A DNA stretch of 64,000 nucleotides, taken from Lama guanicoe. Lineage: Eukaryota. The notes under the pieces are model-generated. The model did no database searches, was not told where the DNA came from, and saw only the letters and a program-made list of their open reading frames with translations. Position 1 is the stretch's first letter; every line of letters begins with the position of its first letter. The translations under genes and the position numbers were made by a program. Positions 1-14,048 of the stretch are shown in pieces. Where the stretch lies: assembly GCA_013239625.1 (NCBI GenBank), contig MU053810.1, positions 5,612,071 to 5,676,070 of the forward strand, written 5' to 3'.

Positions 1-410
1 AAATGAAAGGTGAAGCTAACTTTAAGAGTTATAGACACCTTTTTATTTTTACAATATAAAAAGGTATTTTAAACCACATATGTCTTGGAAATATTTTTTC
101 ATTTGACTCCAATTCAGTCATTACAGTTCTGATTCTGTACTGTCTTGATGGAATAGAAATGATAATTTGATCTAATTTTAGAAAGATGTATAAGCTGAAA
201 GTTAATAATACCACAGTTTAACTGTCAAGAAAGAACCCTGTATGAAAGAATGAATTTTGGTTTCTGATCATATTGCACTGAAAACCAAATTCCCTTTTTA
301 GGTGTGTATAGGGGCATAAAGGAGTGAGATGAGTTCATTTCTTACCATATAGCCAGGAGGAAAGAAACGTCCCAAAACGTACCTGAACTCTACTTTAAAC
401 ACAACAAGTT

Positions 411-553
411 GGGGGAGAGGGCATAGCTCAAGTGGTAGAGTGCATGTTTAGCATGCATAAGATCCTGGGTTCAATCCCCAGTACCTCCTCAATAAGTAAA
501 CTTCATTACCTTCCCCGCAAAGTAAAATATTTTTTAAAAATTAAAAGAAAAAT
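411..553 (+). mobile_element. tRNA-derived SINE (camelid Vic-1 type)
   Basis: A box tagctcaagtggtagag, B box gggttcaatccc, A-rich tail; TSD aaacac(a/t)acaagtt at 397-410 and 554-567. Confidence 0.88.
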
Positions 554-2246
554 AAACACTACAAGTTGAAATCACAGAGTTTCCTATTTAATGTGATTTC
601 TCCATTGCATCCATAGGGATAAGATTCTTACAATAGATACCATTCCAGAATGAGGGTTGAAGATTTTTGTTATAAATTTCAAAATGATCTGATATGGCCA
701 TTATTTTTTTAATAATAAATAATTATACCAAATAATAAATTACAAATTATACTAAATAATGAACATTTTATTTCTGTCTCTTGTTCTTTGCTCTCAGGTC
801 CCTGTCACAATAAGCAAAAATATTTTACAGAGTAGGCTATGACCTCATTCGAACGTTCCCAGGAATTTAAAGTGGTTGCAAGATTGTAAGTTTTCAGAAT
901 GATACACAGAAAACTCCTACTAAATAAATAAGGCAGAGCTGCATCCAGTGTTGAAGTCTTAACTTTCTATTGTTACTGTACCCATTGCATGGGGCTCAGG
1001 AAGAATTTTTCAAACTAAGAGCTGTCCTCAAGCAAATGCTGCAAACAGGGAAAAAAAACTATTTTTGAGGGATGATGTTAACATTTTAAAGAAAGCATTC
1101 CTGAAACTGAGTTCCAGGTTTTTGTCATTTTTTTAAAAAGAGTATAAATGAATGCAGAAATTTTTTCCTAGAATACACCCCAAAGAGCATTTTAGGACTA
1201 CAAACATTAATAACCCCCCATGTGTTTAAAATGCACACCTGTTGTATATGATTATGCACAAAAGCCGGTTTTTTTCATGAATAATTTATATCATTTCTTA
1301 CATAATTTAAGAATCCATATGCTCTATAATGAAGTTAAAATATGCAGTATTTAAAGTATGCAGTCATGTTAAACAGTTACAGCATGAGTCACTATATATA
1401 TATTTTTTTTAAATGCAGCTCTAAGTGTGACAACAGGAATTTAAAGGATGTGATGTTCATTTGAAGTGTGCTATTAATTTAAAGTCACTGTAAATTCATT
1501 TAGGTCATTTTGGTTATTGAGACCAAATGTGGAACATTTCTCATGTTACGTATTGAAATGTTTTTTAAAAATCTGAAAACTAGATCAGAATATTCATTGA
1601 GTATTTCAATTTGAGTGTGTTGATTCTGTAAAATAAGAAAGATCTGTTGATTTTAAGGAATTGACCCTAGTAATTTGTCTAGGTTTTATAATTTGCTGAA
1701 ACTGGTTACTTTTACTGAAGTCACAAAAAAACAGTTACATGCATTTAAAAAAAATTGTTTTCCTTTTTAATTCCAAAGTCCTTCTGTTTTTCTCCCTGTG
1801 AATCAAATACTCTTTGCCACTAATTTTTTTTTGCACATGAGCCACTATTATTAAATATTTGAAATGTCCTGTACTTTGCTATTGTACAGGTAGCAGAAGT
1901 CTAAACTTAGGTATTTTTAATGCATCCCCCATCAGAATTTTTATTTTTGTGAGAAAGTAAAACTGTCATTTCCCTTTAAGAGCATTGATGTGGTTTTATT
2001 TTTAAGAAGAACCCTATGTTAATAAGAAATATATAAAAAATGCTATGTTTGAGAGGCCTACCTTATTTAAGAAGGTATATTTCCTTGTGTCTTGTTAGAT
2101 GTTGGAACTGGGGCCAGTGGTGGAAGTTGTAAGAAGGGAGAAGGTTTGTCGCTTTTCAGTTTAGAAAAAAAGTGAACCCACTAAGAAATGAGCCTCCAAC
2201 TTCCTGTTTCTGGAAGTACTGTTTCCTGCTTTTGTCATGCTCTAGC

Positions 2247-2385
2247 CACTAACTGTTCAACAGAACTTTTTCTGACGATGGAAAATGTCCATACTGATGC
2301 TGTCCAACTTGGTAGCCACAAGCCGTGTGTGGCTGTTGAACACTTGAAAGGTGGCAACTGAAGAACTGAATCTGTAATTGTATCT
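2247..2385. mobile_element. MER3-like hAT-Charlie DNA transposon fragment
   Basis: gatggaaaatgtcc...gctgtccaa...ggtagccac...gtggctgttgaacacttgaaa resembles recalled MER3. Confidence 0.7.
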
Positions 2386-2399
2386 AAAGGGCTTCTACT

Positions 2400-2572
2400 A
2401 GACCCCTTTCTACTCAGAGTGTGCTCTGTGGACCAGTGGTTCTAGCATCTCTAGGAGCTTGTTAGAAATGCAGACTCCCGGGCCCCATCCTAGACCTGCT
2501 GAACCAGAATCCACGTCGCAGCCAGACCCACAGGCGATCCATAAGCTCATTATCACTCAGCAGAGCTGATCT
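2400..2572. mobile_element. MER5A-like hAT DNA transposon
   Basis: gagcttgttagaaatgcagactcccgggccccatcctagacctgctgaaccagaatc. Confidence 0.75.
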
Positions 2573-2679
2573 AAAAGTTGTTCTTACATAGGCTAGACAG
2601 TTAGATGAGCTGAGACTTCCAGCTCCTTCTAGTCTATAATTCCTTCACTTTAGAGACGTTGATTATTGAGATTCAAAGA

Positions 2680-2900
2680 GAGAGTAAGAACACAGACTTT
2701 GAGGTTAGACAAGGAGTTGAAACCTAGCTGTGCCACTTGTTGGCTTTGAATGACGGGGTAAGTCAACCTATCTAAGGCTCGGCTCCCCTTCTGTAATTAA
2801 TGGAACAGTACCTGTCTTGCTGCCTCCAGGGTGAATTCGCAGAATGCGGGTGCGGTGTTTACACTCAGAGTAAACCCTCAGTCAAGGATTGTTTTAACTC
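2680..2900 (+). mobile_element. MIR SINE, degenerate
   Basis: agaacacagactttgagg...cctagctgtgccactt...core-like segment. Confidence 0.55.
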
Positions 2901-3870
2901 ATATTGTTGTGAATCCATGTTACATAACGTTGTGAGACCGGCAGACTAAATTTAGCAGCTGGCTTAAGTGATTAGATATGGCTTTCTTCTAAATCTAAAT
3001 GAGCTTTGCGGAGTCTCAAATTGTGGCTGCATGTCTTCAAGAAAAGGAGGTCTGAAGCCCTCTGGTGTGATTTTTATCGCATATTACATATTAGGATAAA
3101 GGCGGAAGTACTCATCCAGCCTCTTTGAACCATCAAAGAGTCCTTAAGCTGGACTTCCAGGAGCGTAGCAGCAGCTTCTTGGTTTCCTTAAAATTCCTCT
3201 TTGCCTTCCTCTCCTAGAATATATGGAGTCCCCCAAACGGCCATAAAATGTCTTAAGAATGTTGTCCCTCTGGAAGTCACGGTTGGGGCCAGAGCAAAAT
3301 GAAGTTTTGCCCTCCAGATTGCAAGGAGGGATGTGTTTGGCAGGCCTTCTTTGGAGCGCAGCCAGAATTTCCTTTTTGGCAAATTCTATGTTTGAAAAAG
3401 AGTGAACCCAGGGTGAGCTCAAGCTATTAGTCACAAGTTTTCATCTTTGTTAACAGAGCTTCATCAGAGAGCTGGTCCGAGACGAGGTGGGAGCAGTCTG
3501 CTAGTTAAAAATAAAAGTGCATCCTTATTTAAAATTCCCATCATTCTTTTGGCATGGGAAAAGTAATAATGCAAGTTATAGAATATAATTTTCAAAGTAC
3601 TTTCCATAATTGAACCATTCTCTCAATGTTGGACATTTAGATTGTTTCATACACACATGTGTGTATGTGTGCATATCACGCCCTGGTGAACATTCTCATT
3701 TTTCTGCACCTGTATTTCCTTCACATAGATTCTGAGAAAAAGAATTACTGAATACATGTTTTTACATGCTTTTCAGAAATGTTGCACTAATTTAGCTATC
3801 CACCAGCAATGTTTGTGTTCATTTCACTGTAATATTGACTATCAGTTTTACAAAGGTTAATTTGATGCAA

Positions 3871-4393
3871 GGGAATACTACTCATACATTAAAAAGAAGG
3901 AAATCCTACCATTTGTGGCAACAGGGATGGACCTTGAGGGCATTATGCTAAGAGAAATAAGTCAGGCAGAGAAAGATAATTACTATATGATCTCATATGT
4001 GGAATCTAAAAAATGAAGTAAAATAATTGAAACAGAGAACAGATTGGTAGTTGCCAGAGGTGAGAGGTGGGGTGTGAAATGGGTGAAGGGGGTCAAAAGG
4101 TACAAACTGCCAGTTATAAAATAAGTCCAGTGGATCTAATGTACAGCGTGGAGACTACAGTTAGCCATGTATTTGAATTATCAGCATATTCTATTGTATA
4201 TTTGAAATTTACTAAGAGAGTAGATCTTAAATGTTCTCATCACAAGAAAAATATATAACAATGTGTGGTGATGGGTGCTAATTAAATGTATTGTGGTGAT
4301 CATTACACAATATATGCATTGATCAAATCATCATGTTGTACATTTACAATGAGAGCAATGTTATATGTCAATTACATGTCAATTTAAAAAAAA
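3871..4393 (+). mobile_element. L1 3' end (L1MA/MB-like)
   Basis: ggaatactactc...ccatttgtggcaacagggatggaccttgagggcattatgctaag...ending in an A-tail. Confidence 0.88.
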
Positions 4394-5509
4394 GATAAAC
4401 ATAAGCATGGCGGTTGAAGTACACTCTGGAGCCACCTGGCCTGAGCTCAGACCCTGGCTCTGTCACTAGCTGTTGTGACGCTGCACACTCCCTTGACCTG
4501 TAACACAGGGCCAGCAGTAGCACCCACCTCATGGATTGTGTGAGAATACAGGTAGCTCATCTTTATGTGAATCACCGAGGACAGTAACCTCGCACAGGGC
4601 AAGTGTTCGATGCCGGCTGCTGTGCTCATAATCCCCATCATTAGGGGCCTGTGTGGCCAAAAGTCCTACCTGCCATTTCAGGAGTGTGCCCACTCTGATG
4701 ACTGTACACACCCCTGGGGCAAGGGTGTCTCTGAACAGACTGAGGTGTTGTCGGTCACCCTGTGCCATGTAAACCAAAATGGAATTTTGTTATATGAAAA
4801 GTACACCAGTTCTGATTTGATTCTGTGCAACCGGCATCAGAAATTCAGAGTCCCTTAGTGCTCCGCAGAGACCATACTTGATTGTTCTAATTCCCAGTGA
4901 AGGGACACCCCCCAGGGAGTCCCCCACCATCACTTCCTCGCAAACTGTCAGGGGTCCTCTCTCAACAGGGCTGAGGTCCACTGGGTATCAGCTTGATAGC
5001 GTGACTTCTGTCCAAAATGTGTGCAGCACCTCCCCTGGAGATTTGCACCGTCGATGGTGCAGGGACACCCTAGATCTGCTGGTTTGGGGCAAAAACAAAA
5101 ACAAAAAAGAACAAAACTTGGCTATAAAATTCAAAATCACTGGCAAAAGGAAAGTCACATTGTCCTGCAGACCAGGTGACTTAAAGCTCAGCTGCGCTGT
5201 GGGGAGATGAGAACGAAGTTTTCTTTTTTGCCAAGTTTCTCGTGCTGGGTGATGGAGGCAGAGGTCAGCCCTCTCTGTTTCACATGGCTTGACTCATGTG
5301 GCATTGACGGAACCCTGACGGGGACCCAGCTCTGTGCGCCCTCCTGCCCGGCACCCGGGTTGATTTGGATCCAATTCTCCTGCTCTTTTTTGATTCCTAT
5401 TTCTCTTTCTCCCCAGCCAGGCTGGACAGCCTTCCTTCAGGGTCCACAGCCTGCTGGGCAAAGCTGAGGAGGAGGGGTGGTGGGGAAAAGGAGGAAGACA
5501 GAAGCTATG

Positions 5510-5720
5510 ATTTATGCAATATTTATGTGTTAGGCACTAATTTAAGTGATTTACCTATTGTAATTATTAAAACGTTTTTTGTTTTTTTTTTTTACGATCC
5601 ACAATTTACAGATGAGGAAGCTGAATTTGGGGAGGTTTAGAAAGGTGCTCAAGGTCACATTGCTAACAAGAAGTAGAACCAGAGTTCAAGCTGGAGCCAA
5701 ATCTGAAGGCAAAATCCAAG
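5510..5720 (-). mobile_element. MIR SINE
   Basis: atttacagatgaggaagctgaatttggggaggtt...ctcaaggtcacattgcta core. Confidence 0.7.
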
Positions 5721-7297
5721 CCCTTCTTTGTTCTTTGCTGTTCCTTTCATGGTTTCCCCCATTTGTTTGCTTAAGCCTTTGGGGTTAGCCTAGGTGTTCC
5801 TTCAGATATTTCACTAGAGTTTTTGCTTTTCATTCCTGGCTGAGGTGTTAGCGTTGTTAATGCAATCAGCCTGTGATTTCCTTTGGGGAAAGTATTTACC
5901 CACTAAGTCTCTACCGAAGTCCACGGGTCATTGCTGAACGTTTGTGTTGGTCCTCTCTCCAAAATGCTGCTGCTGTTCAATCCTGAAAAGACGCACGTTT
6001 CCAGAGCAAAGTTAAGACCAAAAGCCACATGTGAGAGGAAGTCTTAAAGACTTTTGTAGAGGAATAGAAGTGACTGTAAAAAAAAAGAAAGAAAGAAAGA
6101 AAGAAATTATTCTCCCTCCTTCCCCACTCCCATTTGGATCTTAATGCCTGCATCGATTTAGAGAAAAAATATATAATTACGGGTATATCATGGTGAGATA
6201 CTGACTAAGGATGACAGAATAACAGAGGAAAAAGACATTTTAGAGATACAAAGTATAAAGTCACGTTTTGGTGGACCAGCACTGTCCTTTTCAAGTATCA
6301 TTTAGCACCACAACTCAGTTTCTGGCAGAGATCACCCAGAGAGCCATACTAAGCAGGACATCCATGAATGAGAAAAGGCTTGAACGTGAGATGTTATCTC
6401 AGGTTTCCAGAAAGTGGACAGGGCTTAGGGGAAGGTCAGTGGCTGAGAGGTGCCAGGTAGAATAGGGGGGTAGGAGTACAGATAGAATCACAAGATCACC
6501 TTGAGGGGTTAATGCTGAATTAATAAGGAAGAGGGGGTGTCTCCTTGGTTTAGAGAAAGGAGAACCAGGTGGCTTGAGAGACGAGGCCAAGACAATATAA
6601 AATTAGTCCAAACTCATGGATTGCTGAGTAATCTTTCAAAGGACATCCTTTGTCACCCAAGTAGGTTTTCTTTATTCTGTAAAGTGTTCAGCACTCTCAG
6701 AGACTTCCTTAGCTTTTCCTGTCCTGTACAACAGAAGAACCAAGCAGCCCTGCATGGCACTACACTCCTGAGCCCTCCTGGACCAGAACTGTCCTTTTCA
6801 AGCATTGTTTAGCATCACAGCAACTCTCTGCACAGGCTGCTGTCTCCTTCCCATCTTCCAGAGAAAGACGCTCCGTCTTAAAGATGTTCTCTAACTTGTC
6901 ATGAAACAAAAGTGTCAGATTTCATGTTTGTAACACTGCCCCCTAATGACAAACTGTTGGTAGAAACAGAAAGGCTGTGTCTCAGCTGTAGCAAAAGGAG
7001 CAATTCCAACTTGCTCTGGAAACCATGGGGAGGCGAGTGTTTTGACGCATCCTGTTCTTTCTCATTTTTGTCCTGTGATTTCACCCTCCCTACTGTGTAT
7101 CAGTGCCGGAAGGAGAAAGGTACATGTATCTTTATTAAGATAAAGGTAATCGCAATGTGCTAATGGGGATGAAGTCCATTGTTAAATTAATCATTGTCTA
7201 AATCCTCTGAGAGGTATTTACTCTTTGGATTGAGCTTTCTGAGCTGTGCATTGGGAAAATGTCAGGCAATTGGAATTAGAAAAAGCAGTTTTATGTA

Positions 7298-7788
7298 TTT
7301 TTTTAATTGAAGTATAGTCAATTTACAATGTTGTGTTAGTTTCTAGTGTACAGCATAGTGACTCATTTATATATATATATTATATATTCCATTTATTATA
7401 TATATATATATTCCATTTTATTTTCTTTTTCAACATAGGTTATTACAAGATATTGAGTAAAGTTCCCTGTGCTATACAGTAGGACTTTGTTGTTTATCTA
7501 TTTTATATATAGTAGTCAGTATCTGCAAATCCTGAACTCTTAGTTTATCCCTTCCCACCCCCTTTCCCCTTGGTAACCAGAAGTTTGTTTTCTGTGTCAG
7601 TGAATCTGTTTCTGTTTTGTAAATAAGTTCATTTGTGTCATTTTCTTTTTAGATTCCACATATAAGTGATATTATACTGTAATTTTCTTTCTCTTTCTGG
7701 CTTACTTCACTCAATATGATAATCTCTAGATCCACCCACGTAGCTGGAAATGGCATTATTTCACCCTTTTATGGCTGAGTAGTATTCC

Positions 7789-7829
<41 letters not shown>

Positions 7830-7931
7830 CACATCTTTTTTATCCAGTCCTCTGTCCATGGACATTTAGGTTGCTTCCATGTCGTGGCTATTATAAATAG
7901 TGCTGCTATAAACATTGGGTTGCCTGTATCT
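7298..7931 (-). mobile_element. Lineage-specific L1 3' end with internal (TA)n and (TG)n (7791-7827)
   Basis: ttttaattgaagtatagtcaatttacaatg...tagattccacatataagtgat...ggacatttaggttgcttccatgtc. Confidence 0.92.
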
Positions 7932-8544
7932 AGCAAAAGTAGCTTTTAATTGATGAAGGCCTAAAACAAAAACCTAAGTAATCTAGTTCCTTGGAACTGG
8001 GCAATGGAAGGCACTATTTGTCACAAAATACTGCTAGTGAGCAAGTAAGAATTCAGTTTTCCTTGACTCTTATTGGGGTTGCCCAGGGGCTCATATTCTG
8101 AGAGATAACCTTGATATTCATAAGCCTGAACACAATTATCAACAAATGTGAAGGCTGAACAATGAATGCCTGAATTAATGGTGTTGTGTATGTCTACATT
8201 TGGAGGATGGCTTAATTATCCTGGTTTGTTGATGTGCTGAAAACTACCATGAAGCTGCCTCCAAATATCTTGGACATGGATTTGGAGAGAAAAAATATTT
8301 TCTCATCTGCTGAAGTAGTCATTGGTTTGAAAACCAACTGTACTAAGACACTAGTTTAAGTGTAAATAATTTTGATTAGAGAATATATGTAAAGGGGAGG
8401 AAATTTCTTGTGCCACAGAGATGACCTCTAAAAATAAACCCTTCAATTGCTCTTGTGAATAAAGGAATTGGAGTAAGAAATATTTGATTAATGAGATGTC
8501 AATATCATGCAAGCTATATAATTTTCAGCCGGCATATCACATAA

Positions 8545-8830
8545 TTATAGAAGTTGACACACTTTTTCTGTAAAGACCAGAGAGGAAATGTTTTTGGCTT
8601 TCAGGACATACATTCTCTGTCTTTACCAATCAGCTCTGATATTGGAGCACAAAAGCAGCCAGGGGATATGTGGGGTAGACTGAATGTGACTGTGCACAAT
8701 AAAGTTTTATTTATGGACACTGAAATGTGAATTTCATATAATTTTCACATCATGAGATATTATTGTTCTGTTGATTGTTTTGAATGTCTCAAACACATGA
8801 ACACCACTCTTAGGGGGCTAAGAGACAGCA
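8545..8830. mobile_element. MER58-like hAT-Charlie element
   Basis: ttttctgtaaagaccag...caataaagttttatttatggacactgaaatgtgaatttcatataattttcac. Confidence 0.75.
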
Positions 8831-9959
8831 TAAGCAGGTGGGTTCCTGTATAACCTGTGTGGTTAGAGTCCTAAGGTATTTTTATACCAGCAAACGTGCT
8901 GAAAATGTACTATAGATACCCCTCTGTAGAAAGCTATTTTATTTGAAGTTTCTGAAAGTTGAATTTGCTAATTCAAACATAACCTTTGCTTCTTAATTCA
9001 GATTTAAATTTGATTTCTGTTTAAATTTAATTCTGTTTAAATTTCTACCCAGATCTGGGAACTGACTGATAACGATGATTATGAAATATGCAAGATCCTT
9101 GAACTCTTCCTTTTGGCTGTTTGGATGGATCATTGTCTTTATGTTAATTAGGGCCCAGGGGACATTCAGGTGCTTGTGAAAGGCATTATCATTAGAGAAA
9201 TGGTCTAGTTAAGAGCTTGTGTTGGGGTGGGGGCGTGCAGAAACCTGGGAGGGTTTAAATTACAGGGACCAGTGACAAAGAAAACCCAGTCAGTAATTAT
9301 AATAAACTTCTTTCTAGGCCTGAATACAAATCCTGAGATGTGTCAGTTTTTACATTTGAATGATTCGACTCCACTCACAACAGCGTACATGGTGATATGT
9401 CAACATTTTAATTCTAAATGAGTGTTAATTGGGTATTTTCGTGCTGAAAGTATTTGTTACCTAAAACACTGACGTGACCTGAAGGTCTCTGATTTTTATA
9501 ATTATAGAGCACACACAGGATTTCTTTCTCTAGATGTGATTGCTCTGTACAGAATGGATTTGAAGTGCACACTTTAGATCAATTAATAATTCAGAACTGT
9601 AATTATTAGACTCAGAGATGTCTTGGTATTAAGAATATTACTGAATCAGCCTATGAACAGTGGGGGCTGGTTGGAATCTTGAACTTCAACTTAAGAAACA
9701 AAAATATCTCTCTCCTTCCTGCCTTCACTCCTTCCCCTGCCAACCCCCTGGAACAAATGTGTTGAGCGGCTGCCCAGTTGAGCACAGTGGAGCTGGGACA
9801 CAGTGGAGAATGAGGCAGAGAGCAGTGCTTGCTCTCCCAGATCTGGAGCTGACTTCCTGGGATATCTGTTAGCTTAATAGAGTTTCTTGCTCTTGCTCAC
9901 TTTTTTTGTTTTAAAGTTTGGAAGCCTCTACTGATTTCTCTATCAGAAACTACTTTGGT

Positions 9960-10225
9960 TTTTGGTTTTTTTTTTTTAGTTTTGGTAAGATGTACATAAC
10001 AAAATTTACCATTTTTACCATTTTTAAGCCTATGGTTCTGGGCCTCAGGTACATTCATTACTCTAATTCCCTGCCCCTCTCCCCCCAAGCCCTTGGCAAC
10101 CATCATTCTACTTTCTGTCCCTGTGGATGTGATGGCTGTAAGTACCTGGTGTGGCTAGAACTATACAGTGTTTGTCCTTTTGTGACTGGCTTCTTTCACT
10201 CAGCACATTATCTTCAAGATTTATA
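9960..10225 (-). mobile_element. Old L1 3' fragment (L1MB-like)
   Basis: aaaatttaccatttttacc...cccttggcaaccatcattctactttctgtc...tttgtgactggcttctttcactcagca. Confidence 0.8.
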
Positions 10226-10284
10226 AGAAACTGCGTGTTTAAAAGTTGTTGGGGTTTTTTTTACTTTTTCACCTTTTAATTTAT

Positions 10285-10650
10285 TTTTTATTTTTTAATT
10301 GAAATATACTTTATTTACAATATTTTGTTAGTTTCTGGTGTACAGCATAGTGATTCAGTCATACATATATATTCTTTTTCATGTTTTCATTACAGGTGAT
10401 TACAAGCTATTGAATATAGTTCCCTATGTTATACAGTAGGTCCTCCTTTTGGGAGGGATGGTTGTTTTTTTCTTTTTATTTTATTTTTTAATACATTTTT
10501 GTTGAAGTACAGTTTACAATGCTGTGTCAATTTCTGGTGTACAACACAATGCTTGTCATATAGGAGCATACATATATTTGTTTTCATATCCTTTTTAAGC
10601 ATAAGTTACTATAAGATATTGAATATAATTCTCTGTACTATATAGTGTTT
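10285..10650 (-). mobile_element. Two tandem short L1 3' ends
   Basis: Two runs of poly(T)+ttgaa(a/g)ta...tttctggtgtaca...gatattgaatata, at about 10285-10445 and 10470-10650. Confidence 0.85.
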
Positions 10651-10689
10651 TTAAATTTTTTTTAATTTTTAAATTAAAAATTTTAGTTT

Positions 10690-10995
10690 GACAAATTCAC
10701 AGACATAGAAAACAAATTTATGGTTACCAGGAGGGAAGGGAGTGGGAAGGGATAAATTGGGAGTGTGAGATTCGCAGCTACTATTACATATAAAATAGAT
10801 AAACAACAAGTTTCTTCTGTACAGCACAGGGATCTAAATTCAATATCTTGTAGTCACCTATAATGAAAAAGAATATGAAAAAGAATATATGTGTATATGT
10901 ATATGACTGAAACATTATGTGTACACCAGAAATTGACACATTGTAAACCAACTATACTTCAATTTAAAAAATAATAAAAAATAAAATAACATGAA
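10690..10995 (+). mobile_element. 5'-truncated young L1 3' end with TSD
   Basis: cacagacatagaaaacaaatttatggttacc...ctatacttcaatttaaaaa; TSD aaaaattttagttt at 10676-10689 and 10996-11009. Confidence 0.92.
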
Positions 10996-13707
10996 AAAAA
11001 TTTTAGTTTTAATTCTGTCAGGGTAAAGCTCTTATCTCAAGAACAACAGTGTTCCTAATTCCTTTAGAATTATGTATATTTTAATGTTGACTGAATCACC
11101 AAGCGACATTTTCATCTTAGCTTTCCTCTAGCCAAACAATGGAAGGCTTTATTGTTTGAAAACCCTTGAGTATTACTAACTATGAAAATCAAAGCACACT
11201 CTGCATGGGAGTAAAGAACTATTTTGAGGGTGGTCCTGCTTTTCAATAATTTTTCCAAATAAATAAGAACTTATTCATTAGAAAAACTAACTTTTGTAGG
11301 TTATTTTTAGAGAAAGATGTATCTGACTAGTCAATTTTTTAGGTCATTAAGGAAAGTTTTGTGAATAGGAAAATAAATAATACTCCAGCTGGGGGAAGTC
11401 CCACTTTTAGAAAATTTGAAGACTTTTCTCCACACAGCCCCCATGCAATCCAAATTTTCTATTAACTAGCACATTTCCGCACTACAGTTTCCCTCCCTCT
11501 CATGGTGGGCGGCCTTCCTCCTAAGCATCCCCAGGAGCCAGTCTTCTCTGAAAGTAAAAAGAAGTAAGACCAACAGAGTTGTTAATCTTCACTGCTGAGA
11601 CCTCATCTTCAGACACAGCGCCCGCTGGGGAAATTACATTCTTGGCTTCTGTCCTTTGGTTGTGTCATCAGTAGTAACAGGTAGGAGCCCCCACCTCTCC
11701 TACCTAATAAAAGGTTCATTTTTACTGGGATTTAATTGCCTACAGAGGCTGTAATGTGGAGGGCCAGAGTCATGCTGGTGAGCCTTGCCTTCATGAAATA
11801 TGTGCTTCACATGAACACGAACAGGTCCTGAAGAATGTTGTTCCCCAATGATGTGCCTTTGTGATGGGTTCACCCAGAGCGCTGAAATCCTGCTGGCCAC
11901 AGGCAGATAGGATCTGCCTGATCCAAGGAGCTCTCTGGACAGCCTTTGGAAACACTCTTAGTTCTCCCTGGGAATCACAAAAGGATAACTTGAAAAGGAT
12001 TGAACTGTCTTTATGGAGTAAGACTTTCAGGCATTTTTAGCCTATCATCCTCAAAAAATTATGTATGATTATAAATGATATGTAATGGGGTTCTGATGTT
12101 AATTTGTGCTTTTCAACTTATTGAAGAAGGCTAAAACTCTTAGGGAAAGAAAGAAAAGAAAAGGAATGGGAAGAAGAGGAACAGGAAGAAAAAAAAAGAA
12201 AGAAAGAGAAAGAGAGGACAGGAAAAAAAGAAAGAAAGAAAAAAGATCATGTCCAGCCTCAGTGTGGATCTCTTGTGTTCTAGCATTGTCCAGAGTTTGC
12301 CAGATTTTTCGGAAGGACCATCTCCCTGGGTAGGCTCTGCAAGTATACATCACCCCAGGAACACTTTTCCTCTCTGCTTAATCGCAGTTCTCTCTTCCTC
12401 TGTAGGGGAAGATTCCTTGTTGAATTTGTTTGTTGTCTTTCTTCTGTATTTTCTCAGGCCATGGGATGGCGCAGGGACTGTTTGACTCGTGACTGGATGC
12501 CCCATTGGCAGGAAATAGAGATGCTATCTTATTTGCTAAACAATCTATGGAACACTCACTGAGGCCACAGAAGTTATCTTTGAACCCATTTAACACCCCG
12601 TATCACCCAGAGTTTGATATGACAGACATGCACTTTGTTCATTTATCTAAGAATACTTACTGAGCACCTGCCATGTGCCCGGGTGGTTGCTGGGTAATCA
12701 GCTAGGAGCAGAAGCTCCAGATCAAAATAATAACTAAGGACAAAGTGAAGTCTCTGGCACTGTGTTGGATGCACTCCTGCTGGGTCTGGGGCAAGAGGAC
12801 CAAGGGAGGGCCCCACAGTGCATACCTTTCTGATGACTGAGGCCAATCTGAATTTCGAATTATCCTTGAAGATTTACGTGGAAATGTGCAAGTGGGGAGA
12901 GAGCCCCCACGTCTCATTAGGCTCTGTCAAGGTCCATGATGTGAGTGGACAGCCAAGCCTACGCATTCAAGCTCCTGTTCATCACAGCCCTCTCAGCAGG
13001 GGTGCTCTTGGCCACCCCTGGGTCCAGGAGTGTGCACAGAGGGGTTGGGGAGGTGGGCAGTGTATCCTGAGAAGGATGAATGTGAGAAGAGGTCCAAGGA
13101 GTCCTAAGAAACAGGCTCATTGGCCATTTGGCCAGGGAATTCCAGGGTCTCTGGTACCCAGACCATAGAGAGCTACCTTGTATAATATGGTAGCCATTAA
13201 AGAACTTTTGTGTTATTTACCTCTGTAACATCTCTCCCTCACTAGAATGTAAAGGCCCCCAGTCTTATCTTCTTCCCAGATGTATACAGTGGCGCTGAGG
13301 ATGCAGAAGTGAAAAAATAATCCCTGCCCTCACCACGGACGTCACATTCTAACGTATGTGTGTGTCAGGGAGGAGGCGATAATAACATTTCATTGTTCAG
13401 CATATTAGGTGATGGTCATGTAAATGATATGGAGGGCATAGCAGGTGTATCTTTGGTTTGGAATGCCTGAGTCTGGGGTCTGTTTTAAGAGGAGAAGCAT
13501 CTGTCATGGAGCACACACGTGCTGTAGCAGGCTTGGAAACAGTGTCACCAGGCCGTAGTGCAGGGGTCACCTGGCCAGCAGTCACCAGGTCTTTTCTAAT
13601 CTTTACCAAACTCTCTTCTTACCAAACTGTCATTTTGCCCCATTTGATGGAAATTTTAGCATTGTTGAAGTTCATTATGCTTTTAAACTTAAAGTATATA
13701 TTTTCAC

Positions 13708-14048
13708 GTGTCTTGTCCCTTCGGACTGCTATCCCAAAATACTACAAACTGAGTGGCTTACAAACAATAGAAATTCCTCACAGTCCTGGAGGCTGTCAGT
13801 CTGAGATGAAGATGCAGAGTCTACTTCCCGGTTCACAGACAGCATCTTCTCACTGTGTCCTCATTTGGTAGATAGGGGTAAGGGAGCTCCCTGGGGTCTC
13901 ATTTACAAGGACACTAATCCCACTCATGAGGGCTCCACCCGCAGGATCTCTTTAACTTCCCAAAGCCCTCCCTCCTAATACCATCACCTTGAGGATCCAG
14001 TTTCAACATATGAATTTGGGGGGGACACAGGCATTCAGTCTGTGGTAC
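13708..14048 (-). mobile_element. MaLR solo LTR (MLT1A-like)
   Basis: cactaatcccactcatgagggctccacc...ctaataccatcaccttg...ttcaacatatgaatttgggggggacac. Confidence 0.85.

Noticed and set aside
253..292. Short inverted repeat gaattttggtttc...gaaaaccaaattc
   Set aside because: Imperfect, AT-rich and too short to call a miRNA or MITE.
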